DNA of 63,944 nt, counting the filler, from Reclinomonas americana ATCC 50394 (Eukaryota): the NCBI GenBank assembly GCA_048213135.1. It is 10 parts of 10 records of this genome, joined end to end, with 100 filler letters (N's around TTAATTAATTAA, not from the genome) between each part and the next. Parts side by side here need not be neighbours in the genome. Positions count along the whole stretch, not along the records: positions 23,830 to 36,519 come from AFZH01020816.1; positions 36,620 to 40,637 come from AFZH01020817.1; 8 more parts are not named here. The stretch is one strand, 5' to 3'. The notes under the pieces are model-generated. The model searched no databases. It had not been told where the DNA came from and saw only the letters and a program-made list of their open reading frames with translations. The position numbers and the translations under genes are program-made. Below, in pieces: positions 24,123 through 36,929 of this stretch (position 1 is the stretch's first letter; the number at the start of each line of letters is the position of its first letter).

Positions 24123-27100
24123 TTATCGTAATCTGCGTGGCTGTGCAGTGGGGGCCTGCGTGGCAGCGGCTACGGCCGACACTCGACGCAGCGGCGCATT
24201 CGAGGTGGCCGCCTCTCGCAGTGGCGGTAGCGACTGCGGTGCTGTGACTCGACTCGATGAGGAGGAGGGTGGCGGCAGAGAGGCAGAGCGCCCGCGCGAA
24301 GCGTCGGCAGAGACTGGTCGTCGCAGAATCTCCACTGGCGGGAAGTCTTCAACGTCGTTGCCTCGTCCCTTGTCAACTTCGTCATCATAGTCGTCGTCTT
24401 CGCCGTCATCTTCGTCGTCGTCGTCGTCATCATCGACGTCGGCATTCCCACCGGCAGCGACTCGACGCCGACGATGGCGCGGCCGGCTTCGTCCGCGCTT
24501 CCCGGGCTTCTTGCGTCGCAGCGGTTCCGACGATCGACTCCACGGTGACGGAGGTGAGTTCAAATTTACGCGAAGGGCGGCCATGGGTGCCGCCGCCGCC
24601 GCAGCAGTTGCGGCCGCTGTTGTTGCCGACGACACAGCGGTCCAGTCCTCGGGCCGACGCAGTATATCAGTCAACATCTGCTCGGCCGACTTGCTGCTTC
24701 CAGCCGTCTGCTTGTACTGTGGTTGCTGCTGTGTTTGTTGTTGTTGTTGTTGTTGTTGTTGTTGAGAGGACAGCAGTGCATCCAATCGACGCCAGTCTGT
24801 GACAGAAGACGACGTGCCCGTGGTGGTGGTCGTGGTGGCGGTGGTGGCGGCGGAGCGATCAGGCGGCGGCGATGGATCTCGTCGACGTGCATCACTCGCA
24901 GGCGTCAGTGCCACTGCGATGGGACGGTGGCGTTGCTGGCGATGCAACCGGGTTCCATCCTCTTCACCACGCGACGACGGCACAGACGACGGCGGCTGCG
25001 GTGGCGGCGGATTGCTGAACGGCATCAGAGGAAGCACCGGTGGCAAGCCGACCGCATGCTCACTGGTCTCTGAAGCCGGTGTCGGTGGCAGTGGTGGAGG
25101 TAGCACCACAGCATTGGGTGCACGATGTACTCGGTCAGCCGGACGCAGTCGAGGCGACTCGGAGGCGTCTGGACTCGATCGCCGACCGACTACGTGGAAC
25201 GTGGCCGGTATTGGAGGCTCGGCAGGAATGGAAACCTGCCGCTCCGGAAGGTGCCACGGAGTTGCGGCTTGCACCTCAAGCTTGGCGGTGCCACGACGGT
25301 CAAGCGTGTCGGCTACTGCGACGCGATGCGACGACAGCGAGAGTACACGCGCCAGCAGCTCGGCGGTGGCGGCGCCGACGGCTAGATCCACGGCCGTATA
25401 CTGTGGGGATTCCAGTCAGCGACGATTCTCTGGTTGCAGCATGAGGCACACACACCTCGTGGACACCGCTCTTTTCCGCAAAGTACAAGACACCGAGCAT
25501 GTCACCGACGCCGCTGACCACTGGAATGCCCATGACTGCGGCAGAGTCGGAATCAGTCACACAGGCGTACAAGAGCACACACAAAACAGGAGAGAATGGC
25601 GCACCCATACGCGGAGCAACAGACGATGCACCACCTCCAAATGTGCCGTCGGCGTCGGCAGACGGCGACGCGGGTCTCGAGTGCATCATCGACGTCAGTA
25701 CCGAAGTGTGCGTGATCATCGCTCGCCGTGCCACCGACTCCATGGCCTCGGCCGCTTCGTTGCCACCGTTCTCCGTCATCGCTGGTGTCGCCGGTCGTCC
25801 CTTGTGCCGGTGCCCGACGGCCGCCATGGTGGTGGAGATTGTGCTGTCATCGCTGTCGGCTTGCAGGAAGAAGCATCCACTCGCGCTGCACTCTCGCCGG
25901 CCCCACTCGCACACAGCATGCATCAGTACCTCCAGCGGTGACCATGAAGGCGGCGGAGTAAAGTCGTCGGGAGTCGGCGAACGATGTACAGCAGTGACAG
26001 ACTCGACGTCGCCCTCGGCCGACAAGTCGGTCTCCGAGCATGTGTCGATAGGGGGTGGTTCTGGACGAACCGCGGGTTGTTTCGAGACCACCGACTCGGG
26101 TCGCGTGGCCGGACGTGGTGGATCGGGTCGCCCGCTGGCGCTGGCCCGCAGGTCGGCGGCAGTGCGCATCACATTGTGTTCGAGCTGCAGCGAGGCGTGT
26201 GCGGCAACTGGCGACGGAGACGGCGCCGCATGCTTGCTGGGCGACGGCGGCAGCACTGCCGGTGGTGGGATCCACGACTCGCGACGCTTGATAGTTTCCG
26301 CCGCTTGCTCCAGCTCTCGCAGTACCGCAGCCAACTGCTCCTTCAGTGCATCGATTTGATGCTGTGGTTGTGTGAGAGGGGGGATGAGCGGTAGTGTGAG
26401 GCTGGAGCAATCGAATCGACGCAACTTGGCTGGCACTCTGCAGCGCCTCCAACTTGTCCAACAGTTCGGCGACACGAGCCTCCAGTTCCTTGGTCTGCGC
26501 CTCGAGATCGGCCGCCGTGGCGAGCAGTGCGGCCTCTCTCGCGCGCGCGGCATTCGCTGTCTCCATGAGCGCCTGCGACGACGCAGTGGCTTGAGAAGCA
26601 GTAGGGTAAGAGAGGCTTTTGGTGCGATGACATCCACACCTTGCGCAATCCAGGCAGCGCCTTCAACTCTTCTTGCATCGCCGACTCGCGCGCAGCACTC
26701 TGCTCCAACAGCTGCATCAACTCTTGCACTCGGCGATTCAGTGCGTCCACTCTCAGTTGCGCCTGCATGCACAATCGTTGAGAACACGGAAGAGGCTGAG
26801 AGAGGCACTCGTCCACCATCAGCCACACCTGTCTCTCCGACGCCATTAGTTTCTCGGCCATCTCTGCCCGCAGAGCGTCACGCTCCGCAGCCCACTCGGC
26901 TCGCTCACTCTCCAGCAGACGATGACACTGTGCCAGCAGCTCACTCTCCTCCAGCACCTGCGGCTCGGTCTGCGTGTTGCGATGTACCTGTGCACAGAAA
27001 ACAATGAGCAATTGACAACAACACCAGCGTGACGACGGCACGCAACCCAGTCGTGCAGGATGTTGATAGGCGGATCAATGTACTCGTATTCGAAGCGATC

Positions 27101-29042
27101 GGCCACCTTGTAGTCGCGATCGCGCAGCCGAATGTACAATGTTCGCATCTGTTCCACTTCCATGCTCAGTGTGGCCACTTGCCTGCAAGCACCGTCCGTG
27201 AGTAGGTGGCAGTGAGGCAAGTGCTTTTGGGTGCGAATATTGCTCACCGACGCAGGTTTTCCTCCAGAGCCACGGACCTCGCATGAATAGCGTCACGCTG
27301 CCGCAGAGACTCGTTTGCCTATTGTGCCTCTGACTGTGAGCGCGCACGTACGTGTGACCACAGTGAACAAAGGGCTCACCTGCCGCACAGCATGTTCACG
27401 CGATTTCTGCGCCACGTCCTTCCACCCTGCGATCTCCGCCACTGCCTCCTCCACACGCGCTTCCAGCTGCCGAATCAATGCCAGCTGTAACCGCGTCAAC
27501 TGCTGCTCTTCGGCAAGTTGCACACGAACGGCCTGTGTGCACACACACGCACGCATTGGCGTGAGACCACAAAACACCAATGAACATGGACAGGAGACCA
27601 GAATTGCAACACAACAGCGGCATTCCCGGTGGGGCTGCCAGTCACCGACGTGCGGGCAGTGGTTGCGCTCGACGTGACCGCCGACTCGCTCAACTCCTTC
27701 ACTGTTCCACTAATCTCGTGCATCATGGCATCTGCCGCGTGCATGTAACAGATGGGTACGTGAGGAAGACGGAGCGACGACGAGATACGCACCTCGATCG
27801 TGTGAGACCTGCTCGATTTCGTCAGTGAGCAGCTGAATCACCTCACGCCGACTCAACACCGGCGTCGGTGTGCCAAGTCGCAGCACAGAACTCGTCATAC
27901 CACCAATAGCACTACCGCCACCGGCACCATCAACATCCAGCAAATCGCCGTGTTCGGTCGTCGTCGCCGTCGTCGTCGTCGTCACTCCGGCAGCATGGCG
28001 ACTTTCGGCCTCGGCCAATTGCTGCGCCATCGCCACCAGCCGAAGCAAGTAATGCCGGCGCTCTTCAGCGAAGGCCGCCTTGCGAATGGCCCACTGCTGC
28101 TTCTCCACTTGCGTCAGTGAGAGGTTTTCGAGCAGCTGACACCGGTCGCGCTCCTGTTGCACCAGATCGGTGAGGCGATTGATTTTGCGCTCCTTGGTCG
28201 CCACCTCTGCTATGAGCGAGCGAATCTGCGCCTCCTGCGCCGTGGCCGCCACCCGCATGTCGGCGGCCTCCAGTCGCGCCGTTGAGTCGGCATTCTTCAG
28301 CTTGTACTTGAGAAAGGCGATTTCATCGTCGAGCTGCGCAATGTGCTGCAACAGCGTCTGTGTGTCGCTAGTGGCCAGATCTCGCCGCGCAAGCTGCTCC
28401 CGCAGACTGTCGAAACGAGTGTGAGTGCGGGAAGAGAGAGAGACAGAGACCCCACAACAACAACAACAACAACCGGACATACCGATTCAGTTCCTCCTCC
28501 CGCTGCAGCGCCTGTGCCGGATCGAGCCACCAGATGCCTCGCTGCACAAACTTGGCGACGCCTGAGCGTCGCGCCACCAGTCCATGCGACGGCGCATGAA
28601 CAGGCGAGGATCCGCTTTCCTCCACTTCCTCCTCCTCGCTCTCCTCCACGCCTCTCACCGCCCTCGCGCGCATCGAAGGCGACATGACACTCTCCGCGTG
28701 CGGTGCTGCAGGCGACGTTGGTGACGTGGGAGCGACTGCGTGAGGTGGCGGAGACGCGCGCTTGCCCGCGGGTGGCGGAGAAAAAATCTCCACGCGCTTG
28801 CTCTGCTCATCAACATGAGAGAGAGAGAGAAAGATAGAGAGAGGCAGCTGCACACTACGACACGCAACACTGCCGAGGAGCTGAAACATGCTGGCGCCCT
28901 TCATTACGCCCGCTCGTGTGAGCGAGGCCGACGCATGCAAGAGTCGCTCTCCACTGCTTCGACTGCCACTGGCAACAATGGGCGGCAACACCGACAGTCG
29001 GTTGCTGTCCGTTGCCGCCTCATCAACCGCCGCGTGGTGCAT
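24123..29042 (-). CDS. Large multi-exon coiled-coil / low-complexity protein of unknown function
   Basis: Heptad-rich exons (LLQHIAQLDDEIAFLKYKLK, EAQIRSLIAEVATKERKINRLTDLVQQERDRC) followed by a long Pro/Ser/Gln-rich last ORF 25391-24123; GT-AG introns; start codon uncertain. Confidence 0.6.
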
Positions 29043-29127
29043 GTGTTTGCTTGCGCGCGCGCGCGTGGGCGCAATCGTGACAAACACACAATACAAACGC
29101 TGCTGGTGTCGCTGGCGTCCATCACCA

Positions 29128-30461
29128 TCACATCTCGAGCAAGCCGCGCTCGTCGAGAAAGTCGAGCACGGCGGGCATGCTTTCGGCATTGGACAGCTCG
29201 GTGAGCTCGCCAGCGTTGAGCAGCGGACCAAGCATGTGCGCAATGTGCTGGCGGAACACCAGCGAGCTCATGTCGCCGGTGCTCAGTGTCAGGTCGACGA
29301 AATCGGCGAGACAGGCCAGTGGCAGCGAGTCGTGACCGGCAAAGAGCGCCGGGTTCTCCAGCAGACCGCGCGCGCTCATGGCTCCCTGCACGCCGGTTTT
29401 ACGCTGGAATTCCTGCGCGTCGGCCAGCGTGCGCACGTCTCCGTTGTGCACGCATGGAATGGTGAGGTGCTCACGGAGCAGCTTCACGGCCTCCCAGTTG
29501 ACGGGCACGTGGGAACGAGTGGTGCGCGTGCGACCGTGCACGGTGATAATCGCGGCGCCGGCGGCCTCCAGTTGTCGCACCATGTCCACACTGTGCCTGT
29601 GGTGCGGGATGTGCGTTGTCAGGAGGAAGGCGCGCATGCATGCAACAACAGCAGCACCGCGAACCGGAGGTCAGGCAGGATACGGATCTTGATCGACACG
29701 GGGAGGGAGCAGCGGTTGCGCGTCTGCACCACCGCGTCGCGAATGATCTCCGGGTTCGACAGCAACGCCGCACCGTATCCTCTGCGCAGCGAGGCAACAA
29801 TGAGGCTGTGACACACAGAGCAGGGAGTCGGAGAAACCCGCACCGACTGGTGTGAGCCTTCTGAGGACTGCTCAGTAGTGGCGGCGGTGTACGGTGAGTG
29901 ACGGAGCGACAGAGGGAGAAAGAGAGAGAAAGAGAAAGGTCCGCACCAGCCACAGTTCAGGTCGACCATGTCACAGTGTGGCGCCACCTGTGATTGTATA
30001 TGTGTGTCAATCAACCACACACAAGCACACGCTCATTGACAACATTGCGTACCATTTCCGCGGCAGTGGCAAACACCACGCCATCGCGCGCAGCAAACTG
30101 CACCACCAGTGGTCGATCATCTGCATGCACACATGCACACAAACATGAGTGTCTCTCGTGTGCGTTAGGTTGTCACGCGTCCACCACTTGCCTGCTGCAG
30201 TGACAAAGTTGGTGTCGCGGGCCGACTGTGCACGGATAAAGGTGTTGGCCTCGATCATGTGTGTGTAGGTCACATCGCAACCCCTGCATTGTCGCAGCAG
30301 TGTGAGTGATGAGCGATCAGAAACACACGAGTGGAGCATACATACCACTTGCGGCAGAGAGCGCGGAACGGGAGGCGGGAGAAGCGAACCATGGGCGCCT
30401 GGATGCATACGAGCTCCTTTTGCGCAAACAGCGAGAGAATGGCGTTGCTCTCCGCGTCCAT
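29128..30461 (-). CDS. DUS4: tRNA-dihydrouridine synthase, DUS4-like
   Basis: QAPMVRFSRLPFRALCR, YTHMIEA, ARDTNF, DRPLVVQFAA, VDLNCGCPQ, GYGAALL, VSIKIR, ITVHGRT, NGDV, GAMSARGLLENPALF. Confidence 0.88.
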
Positions 30462-30546
30462 GATCGATGAGCGAGAATGGAGGACAACTGTGATTGGTTG
30501 TGCTTCTCTCGTACTTCATTCTTATCGTGCTGGACATATTACAGGT

Positions 30547-32434
30547 TTAGCAGTCGCCATAGTCACCCCTGGCACCGCCGTCATCATCGTCATCGTCATC
30601 GTCGTCGTCGAGGAGCACGTCAATGTCAATGTCGACGTCGTCGTCGTCGTCGCGCTTGTCGCCTGTAGCGGCCGCAGCGGCAGCTGCTGCTGCGGCTGCC
30701 GCAGCTCGAGCACGCTTGGCAGCCGTGCGACCTCGACCGCCACGGCAGCTGCGTCGCGACTTGCGGCGACGACGGATCTCGCCAGTGACCGGGTCGACGA
30801 TCAGGATTGTGCGCGACGCCGAGGTGGACTTGGACGGGCTGCCACTGGCCGGTGTGCCAGCGCCGCTACTGCCGGCGCTACTGTACTTGGATCCAGTGCT
30901 GGATCCGTCGGCATCGCTGCCGCTGAGGCTCGCCGGGCCGACACTGTCAAAGACATCGACTTCGCGCTCTGCGGGGCCAGTGGCGCCGGCAGTCGCCGTT
31001 GCCGACAGCGTCGGCTGCACGGGACGCACACCAGCGCGGTGGCTCATGGCGGCCGAGTCGATGTGGAGGGCGGCCAGCGACTGTCGCAGGGTCCGCAGTC
31101 GGGCGTTCTCGACCTCCATTTGCGCAAACGACTTGTCCATGGCATCGGAGAGCACGCCGGACGGTGCCAGGTGCTCAAACACCGCCAGTCGCTCGCGACG
31201 GCGCCCGAGCTCCTGCACGTTGCAGCTGACCACGTCGGCGTGGTTCTGCGGAGGAGGAGAGTGAGTGATCATGAATGAATCGTGTGGGTGAAGGAAGCAT
31301 GCAAACACTCACCGCGCGCTTGAGGACGTGCAGAAACCAGCACTTGGTGCCTGCAGACGAATCACGAGTTGTGTCAGCGCGTGGTGGGATACGAGGTCAA
31401 CAACAAAGGCAACAACACACCATACGGGCAGTATCCGTCCTCTTGGAAGAACCGGCACGGACTGCACACGAGGAGCGAACAGTGAGTGGAGACGTCCAGA
31501 GGTCGAGCACGCGCATCCACATACAACACGCACCTCGTCTTGGCCGTCGCACTGCGCATGCGGAGCACGGCCACGGTCCGAATCTCCTGCACATGGAAAA
31601 AAACATCAGAAAACGGACTTCGAACAACAATCACACGACGACAACCCCACCACTCACCGCCTCGCCGTGCGCGAACCGACACTCGCGGCCGTACCGACAG
31701 TTGCCCAGCCGCTCAAACTCCTTGCACAACTGGTCACGAATGAGTGAGCAAGGAGCAAAGAGCAAAAAAACGTCGGTCGGGCAAGTCAAAACTGTACCTG
31801 CGTCTTGTGAAACATGACGGCATTGCGCTGCGCCGCCGCCAGCGCCTGCGTCGGCGACGTGCACGACACACGCGAGTCCTCCGACGAGTCCGACGCAATG
31901 GACACTGGCGATGTCGACACAGCTGGCGGCGGTGCTCGAGTGCGCACAGGCGGCGGCGGCGGCGGCGGCGGCTCCACTGCACACACACACACACGCTCAG
32001 TGATCACGATGCACACACACACTCACTGCGACACACACGCACCTCGCGACACTGGTTGAGTGCGCGCCGACTGCAAACCACCAGCAGGCACTTTGATCAG
32101 CCACGCACTTTGACGACACGCAAACACAAACACACACACTCTCTCTCTCTTGCTCCCGCACCTGTGTCGCCCACGCCGACGCAGGCCGCACCCTCATCAT
32201 CTGCTGCGGTCGCTGCATCACCACCACCGACGAGGGATACTGCACGTGCACATGATGATGATGATGATGCACACTGGCAATCGACCACCACTGCTGCTCA
32301 GCAGTCGCCTGCTGCTGCTGCGCATGCTGCTGATGATAGTGGCGCTGTTGCTGTTGTTGTTGTTGAGCATGCGGGTGTCGGAGGTGAGGAAACACACCAG
32401 CGGGAACATGCGGCTCTGCGCGCGCGCGCGTCAT
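30547..32434 (-). CDS. Tandem CCCH zinc-finger (TIS11/ZFP36-like) RNA-binding protein
   Basis: [27 protein letters not shown] and [24 protein letters not shown] fingers split by introns; Q/H-rich N-terminus; acidic C-terminus; start approximate. Confidence 0.82.
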
Positions 32435-32638
32435 GATCTTCAGTCACACACACAGACACACACACACAACAGAGAGTGCATGCAAGTCACCAGTCATCAA
32501 CATCGACACGCGTTGTTTGTTGCGTTTTGCCTTTGCCTTTGCTCTCACACGCGAGTTGAAGTTGTCGATCAAAGTGACTTTATTGCGGGAAAGTTACGTC
32601 ATGCGCATCAATTGTCCCCGCGTCGATATCGACTTCCG
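32435..32638. promoter_or_regulatory. Putative bidirectional promoter between the CCCH gene and NUDT1
   Basis: About 200 nt between divergent start codons; no specific element identified. Confidence 0.35.
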
Positions 32639-34008
32639 ATGTCTGCAACACCGCACACACTGCTCACACTGGTGCTTGTGCGACAAGGCGAGCGCATTCT
32701 GTTGGCGCGAAAGAAGCGCGGGTTTGGAGAAGGAAAGTGGAATGGATTTGGTGGAAAAGGTTTGTGACTGTGACTCTTCTCTCACAGAGAGTTGTCTCTG
32801 TGAGTGACTGTCTGTGCACACACACACAGTGGAACGCGGAGAGAGTGTGCTGGAGGCTGCACAGCGGGAACTGCAAGAGGAGAGTGGCATCACTGCTGAT
32901 GCATTGAGTGTGAGTGTTTATCTGTCTGTCTTTCTCTCTCACACACACACGCTCATTCGTGATGCTCTGTGCGCAGCATGTTGGTGCGTGGAAAAAGGCG
33001 GCAAGCTTGTTGTTGCACTGCTCACAGACAACTGCACACACAGGTCATCTCGTGTTCACCTTTGATCCGGCAGTCGATAAGCGCATCATGGATGTTGTGT
33101 ACACATGCACAGAGGAAAAGAGAGAGAGTGTGTGTGACTTGTCGACTGAGAGTGAGCGTGCCTCTGACAGGTGTACGTATTCACTGCCGATGCCTTTACC
33201 GGAACGGTCACGGAGACGGAAGAAATGGCACCGAGTTGGTTCGACATTGACAAGAGTTACCTTTCTGCACCTGTGTTGACCTGCTGCAGCTGCTCATTGT
33301 GCGTGCGCGCATGCAGTCCCGTTTGACGACATGTGGCTGGTAACGATCATACGCATGATGCTTCCTCCTCAGCTGCATCCTAGCTCTTTTTCTTTGTCAT
33401 GTTTCTTCCTTTCTCCCATCCTTCCCTCCTGTGCTTCGAATTCCTCCTCACTGCCTCACTCATTCTGTTGGTCCTGTTCCTTTCTTTCTCCCATCCTTCC
33501 CTCCTGCGCTTCCTCCTTACCTGCATCACTCATTCTCTTGATCCTGTTCCCTTCTTTCCCTCATTCTGTTGATCCTGTTCCCTTCTTTCCCTCCTGGGCT
33601 TCCTCCTCAGCTGCATCCCAACTCATTCTGTCGATCCTGTTCCATCCTCCCCTCCTGCGCTTACTCCTCGGCTCATCTCACTCATTATGTTGGTCCTGTT
33701 CCTTTCTTTCCCTCCTGCGCTCACTCCTAAGCTGCATCTCACTCATTCTGTGGATCCTGTTCCTTTCTTTCCCTCCTTGCATCCCACCTCGTACATCCAC
33801 TCGACTTTCATCCTTTACTCCCTCGCACGACGTACAATTCCATTGTGTGTGTGTGTGTGTGCAGGATGATCGCTATTGGTTCCCGCTAATGCTCGCCGGC
33901 AAGTGCTTCGAAGGCGTGTTTGAGTTTGGCGACTTTTCACACATTGTCGCGCACACGCTGCGGGAGGTCGCTGCGCATGAGTTGTCCTTGCCACCGGCAC
34001 CACAATGA
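32639..34008 (+). CDS. NUDT1: Oxidized purine nucleoside triphosphate hydrolase (MTH1/NUDT1)
   Basis: [53 protein letters not shown] (Nudix box), [36 protein letters not shown]. Confidence 0.92.
33340..33863 (+). repeat. Pyrimidine-rich ~60-nt minisatellite inside an enlarged NUDT1 intron
   Basis: Recurrent ctcattctgt(t/g)gatcctgttcc(c/t)ttctttccctcctg...gctgcatc units within a 524-nt GT-AG intron. Confidence 0.8.
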
Positions 34009-34235
34009 AAATCGCCAGACATGAGAAAGAGGGAAGGCACATTGGTTGTGGAAGCATGCCAGAGTGCTTGCAACGTTGTCAGGCGATGCTCATATAGATT
34101 GTTGCTGTTCTGCAGACCAGGATTAGCTGAGAAAGTGCCGTGAGTTTGGCATGCACTTCGCGAAGTCAGTCGCCCCTCTGTCCTTGCAATCACGTGTGTT
34201 GTGTTATCGCGTGTGTGTGAGAGAGCGCGCGAGAG

Positions 34236-36519
34236 ATGGATGGCGGGTACGTACACACACGCTCTCTCTCTCTCTCTCTGTGCTGCTGCTGTGTTACACA
34301 CACACACACACAGACTGATGATACCATCAATGCATGCATCCAACTCTCTCTCTCACACACGCACACTCACAGTGATGACGATGGACGCGACTCGCCGACC
34401 TTCTCTGCACACCCTCTACAGCCGCTTCTGCGAGGCAGTGCGTCTACATTAGGCGGAAGCAGTGAGCATCATCATCACCATCATCATCATCATCATCATC
34501 ATCATCGGCGACCAGTGGACGACGAGAAGGCGGGTTATGAGTTGCTGGAGCGACTGGTGAAGCAGATTGTGCGGGCGTTCTTTCGACCGGAGCAGATGGT
34601 GTTGGTGGATGCGTTGCTGAGGAGGAAACGGTGGGTGGCGAGGGAGGGGAGGGGAAAGAGAGGGATTCCGTCTGACAGAGGAGAGAGAGCTGTCTTCTTT
34701 TGTTTCGAAGCAATGCTGCAGGGTACGACCGAAGGAGAGGCAAGAGAGTCGCAGTGTCTCCGTCGCGCAGAGGCGATGAGAGGGGAGAAGGAGCGCAGAG
34801 AACGACCCGAGGAATGAGTAACGAGAGGGGGAATCACAGTCTCTCGCTCGCGCAGAGGCGATGAGAGGGGAGACAGAGCGCAGAGAACGACCGGAGGAAG
34901 CGAGTGAGAGACAGAAGAGAGTTGCAGCGTCTCCCTCGCGCGGAGGCGATGAGAGATGGGAGAGAGACGCCAGCCTTTTATAGCTCTTGCGGAAGCAATG
35001 CTGCAGGGTACGACCAGAGGAAGAGAGTCACAGTGTCTCCCTCGCGCGGAGGCGATGAGAGATGGGAGAGAGACGCAGGCTTCTCTTGCTCTTGCGGAAG
35101 CAGCGCCGCAGTATACGACCGAAGGAGAGGCAAGAGAATCGCAGTTTCTCTCTCGCGCAGAGGCGATGAGAGGGGAGAGAGAGCGCAGAGAACGGCCGGA
35201 GGAAGCGAGTGACGAGAGGGGGAATCACAGTTTCTCTCTCGCGCAGAGGCGATGAGAGGGGAGACAGAGCGCAGAGAACGACCGGAGGAAGCGAGTGACG
35301 AGACAGAAGAGAGTTGCAGCGTCTCCCTCGCGCGGAGGCGATGAGAGGGGAGACAGAGCGCAGAGAACGACCGGAGGAAGCAAGTGACGAGACAGAAGGG
35401 AGTTGCAGCGTCTTGCTCGCGCAGAGGCGATGAGAGAAAGGAGAGAGACGCCAGCCTTTTCTTGCTCTTGCGGAAGCAGCGCCGCAGTACACGACCGAAG
35501 GAGAGGCAAGAGAGTCGCAGTTTCTCTCTCGCGCAGAGGCGATGAGAGGGGAGAAAGAGCGCAGAGAACGACCCGAGGAGTGAGTGGCGATCTTCTTTTT
35601 TTCCTCCTCTGTCTCTCACAACCCGGCAGAGCATGGGAGTGAGTAACGAAACTGGCGAGGAGGAGCAAGTGCAATGCAGTCTTCTCACGCTCTGTCGAAT
35701 CGCTCTGCTCTTCTTTTGACAATAATTGCGCACGCAGGGCAACCACTGGTGAGCTGGCTACCGCGGTGGGCCTGTCGGACGAACGGCACGCTGAGCGGGC
35801 ACTGAATGAGCTCGATCATGCGCGGCTGCTAGTCAAGTTGCGTGCTTCCCCGTCTCCTTTTCTCTCTTTCGCTCCGGATATTGAACCGTTGTCATTCATG
35901 CAGAAAATCACGGCGCATCGAAGGTCGCAGTCACGGCATGACGGTGAAGGAGGAGAGTGTGTGGAACATCAACTTTCAGAACTTTGTCGACTTGGCCAAC
36001 CTGCGTATGCACAAGATGGAGGACGAATTGAAGCAGCGTCTCAAGGTGGCCGAGAGCGATCAGGTGCGTAATTTTTCACCCACCTCGACTGTGTCAGGGT
36101 CGGTCCTCACCATTCGTTTCATTTTTTGTGATACAGAGATATGTGTGTCGCAACTGTGGGTCCGAGTATGAGACGTTTCAGTTTCTCGACCTGGTGGATC
36201 AGATGACGGGCGAGACGCGATGTGTGCGCTGCCGGACGGATGCCATCGACAGCAAAGACAACCGTGCGGTGCGAGAGGAGGCGCAGCGGAAACTTGACCG
36301 TTTCCAGGAACAACTGCGACCAATCTTCCGCACACTGCAGCAGATTGCAGAGCAGGAGCTGTCCATTGACATTGCGCAGGAGGACAGCGCCAATCATGTG
36401 ATGACGCGAGAACAGGTGGTCAGTTCACGAAGCAAACACGGTGGTCTGCGATGGAATGCAGAGTTGCGCGATGCTTCACTTGCGTGTGTGTGTGTGTGTG
36501 TGCACATTTATTGACGCCC
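34236..36519 (+). CDS. GTF2E1: General transcription factor TFIIE alpha subunit (3' end in gap)
   Basis: LLERLVKQIVRAFF..EQMVLVDALLR; winged helix ELATAVGL..ERALNELDHARLL; WNINFQNFVDLANLRMHKM; zinc ribbon YVCRNCGSEY..LDLVD..RCVRC; LDRFQEQLRPIFRTLQQI. Confidence 0.88.
34680..35590 (+). repeat. Higher-order minisatellite in the 1.1-kb TFIIE-alpha intron (34631-35737)
   Basis: Nine copies of core CGCGC(A/G)GAGGCGATGAGAG at ~34764, 34849, 34937, 35043, 35154, 35240, 35329, 35418 and 35530; periods fall into ~85-89 nt and ~106-112 nt classes. Confidence 0.88.
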
Positions 36520-36619
36520 NNNNNNNNNNNNNNNNNNNNNNNNNNNNNNNNNNNNNNNNNNNNTTAATTAATTAANNNNNNNNNNNNNNNNNNNNNNNNN
36601 NNNNNNNNNNNNNNNNNNN

Positions 36620-36929
36620 CACACAAAGAGAGTCAGTCTCTCTCTCTCTCTCAGAGTGTCCGCATTCACGAGTGAGACCTTGAGAGCGCGCACAAGGCTC
36701 TTCTTTCCACATTGGCGGTCGCCGACAACACCGACTTTGATGCTGTTTGAGTGTGTGAGCAAGAGAGAGAGTGTGAGTGTCCCAAGCACGTGCCGTTCAC
36801 AACTAATGTGTGTCTGTGTTTTGTTTGTGTGTGTTTGACTCACCGCCACACTGATGCCTCGCGTCTTGTCTGCGATGAGGCAGTGGAGAGTGCGGATGGT
36901 GGGTCGCCTAATGAGGGACCTGCCTCCAT
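36620..36929 (-). CDS. Small-GTPase-like P-loop protein, N-terminal fragment (3' end in gap)
   Basis: MEAGPSLG...VWR|IKVGVVGDRQCGKKSLVRALK resembles a Ras-family beta1-G1 motif. Confidence 0.5.

Noticed and set aside
24799..26359. Long plus-strand ORFs (380 and 286 aa), and similarly 28888-29811, 30331-31278 and 59663-60838
   Set aside because: Antisense to recognisable or spliced minus-strand genes in GC-rich DNA, with no recognisable domains.
33331..33863. Hydrophobic 225-aa ORF suggesting a membrane extension of NUDT1
   Set aside because: It is the translation of a CT-rich intronic minisatellite; splicing restores the conserved MW.DD.YWFP motif.
34680..35590. CRISPR-like array (conserved core plus spacers)
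   Set aside because: The spacers are homologous to each other (two families) and too long, the array lies inside a eukaryotic intron, and no cas genes are present.
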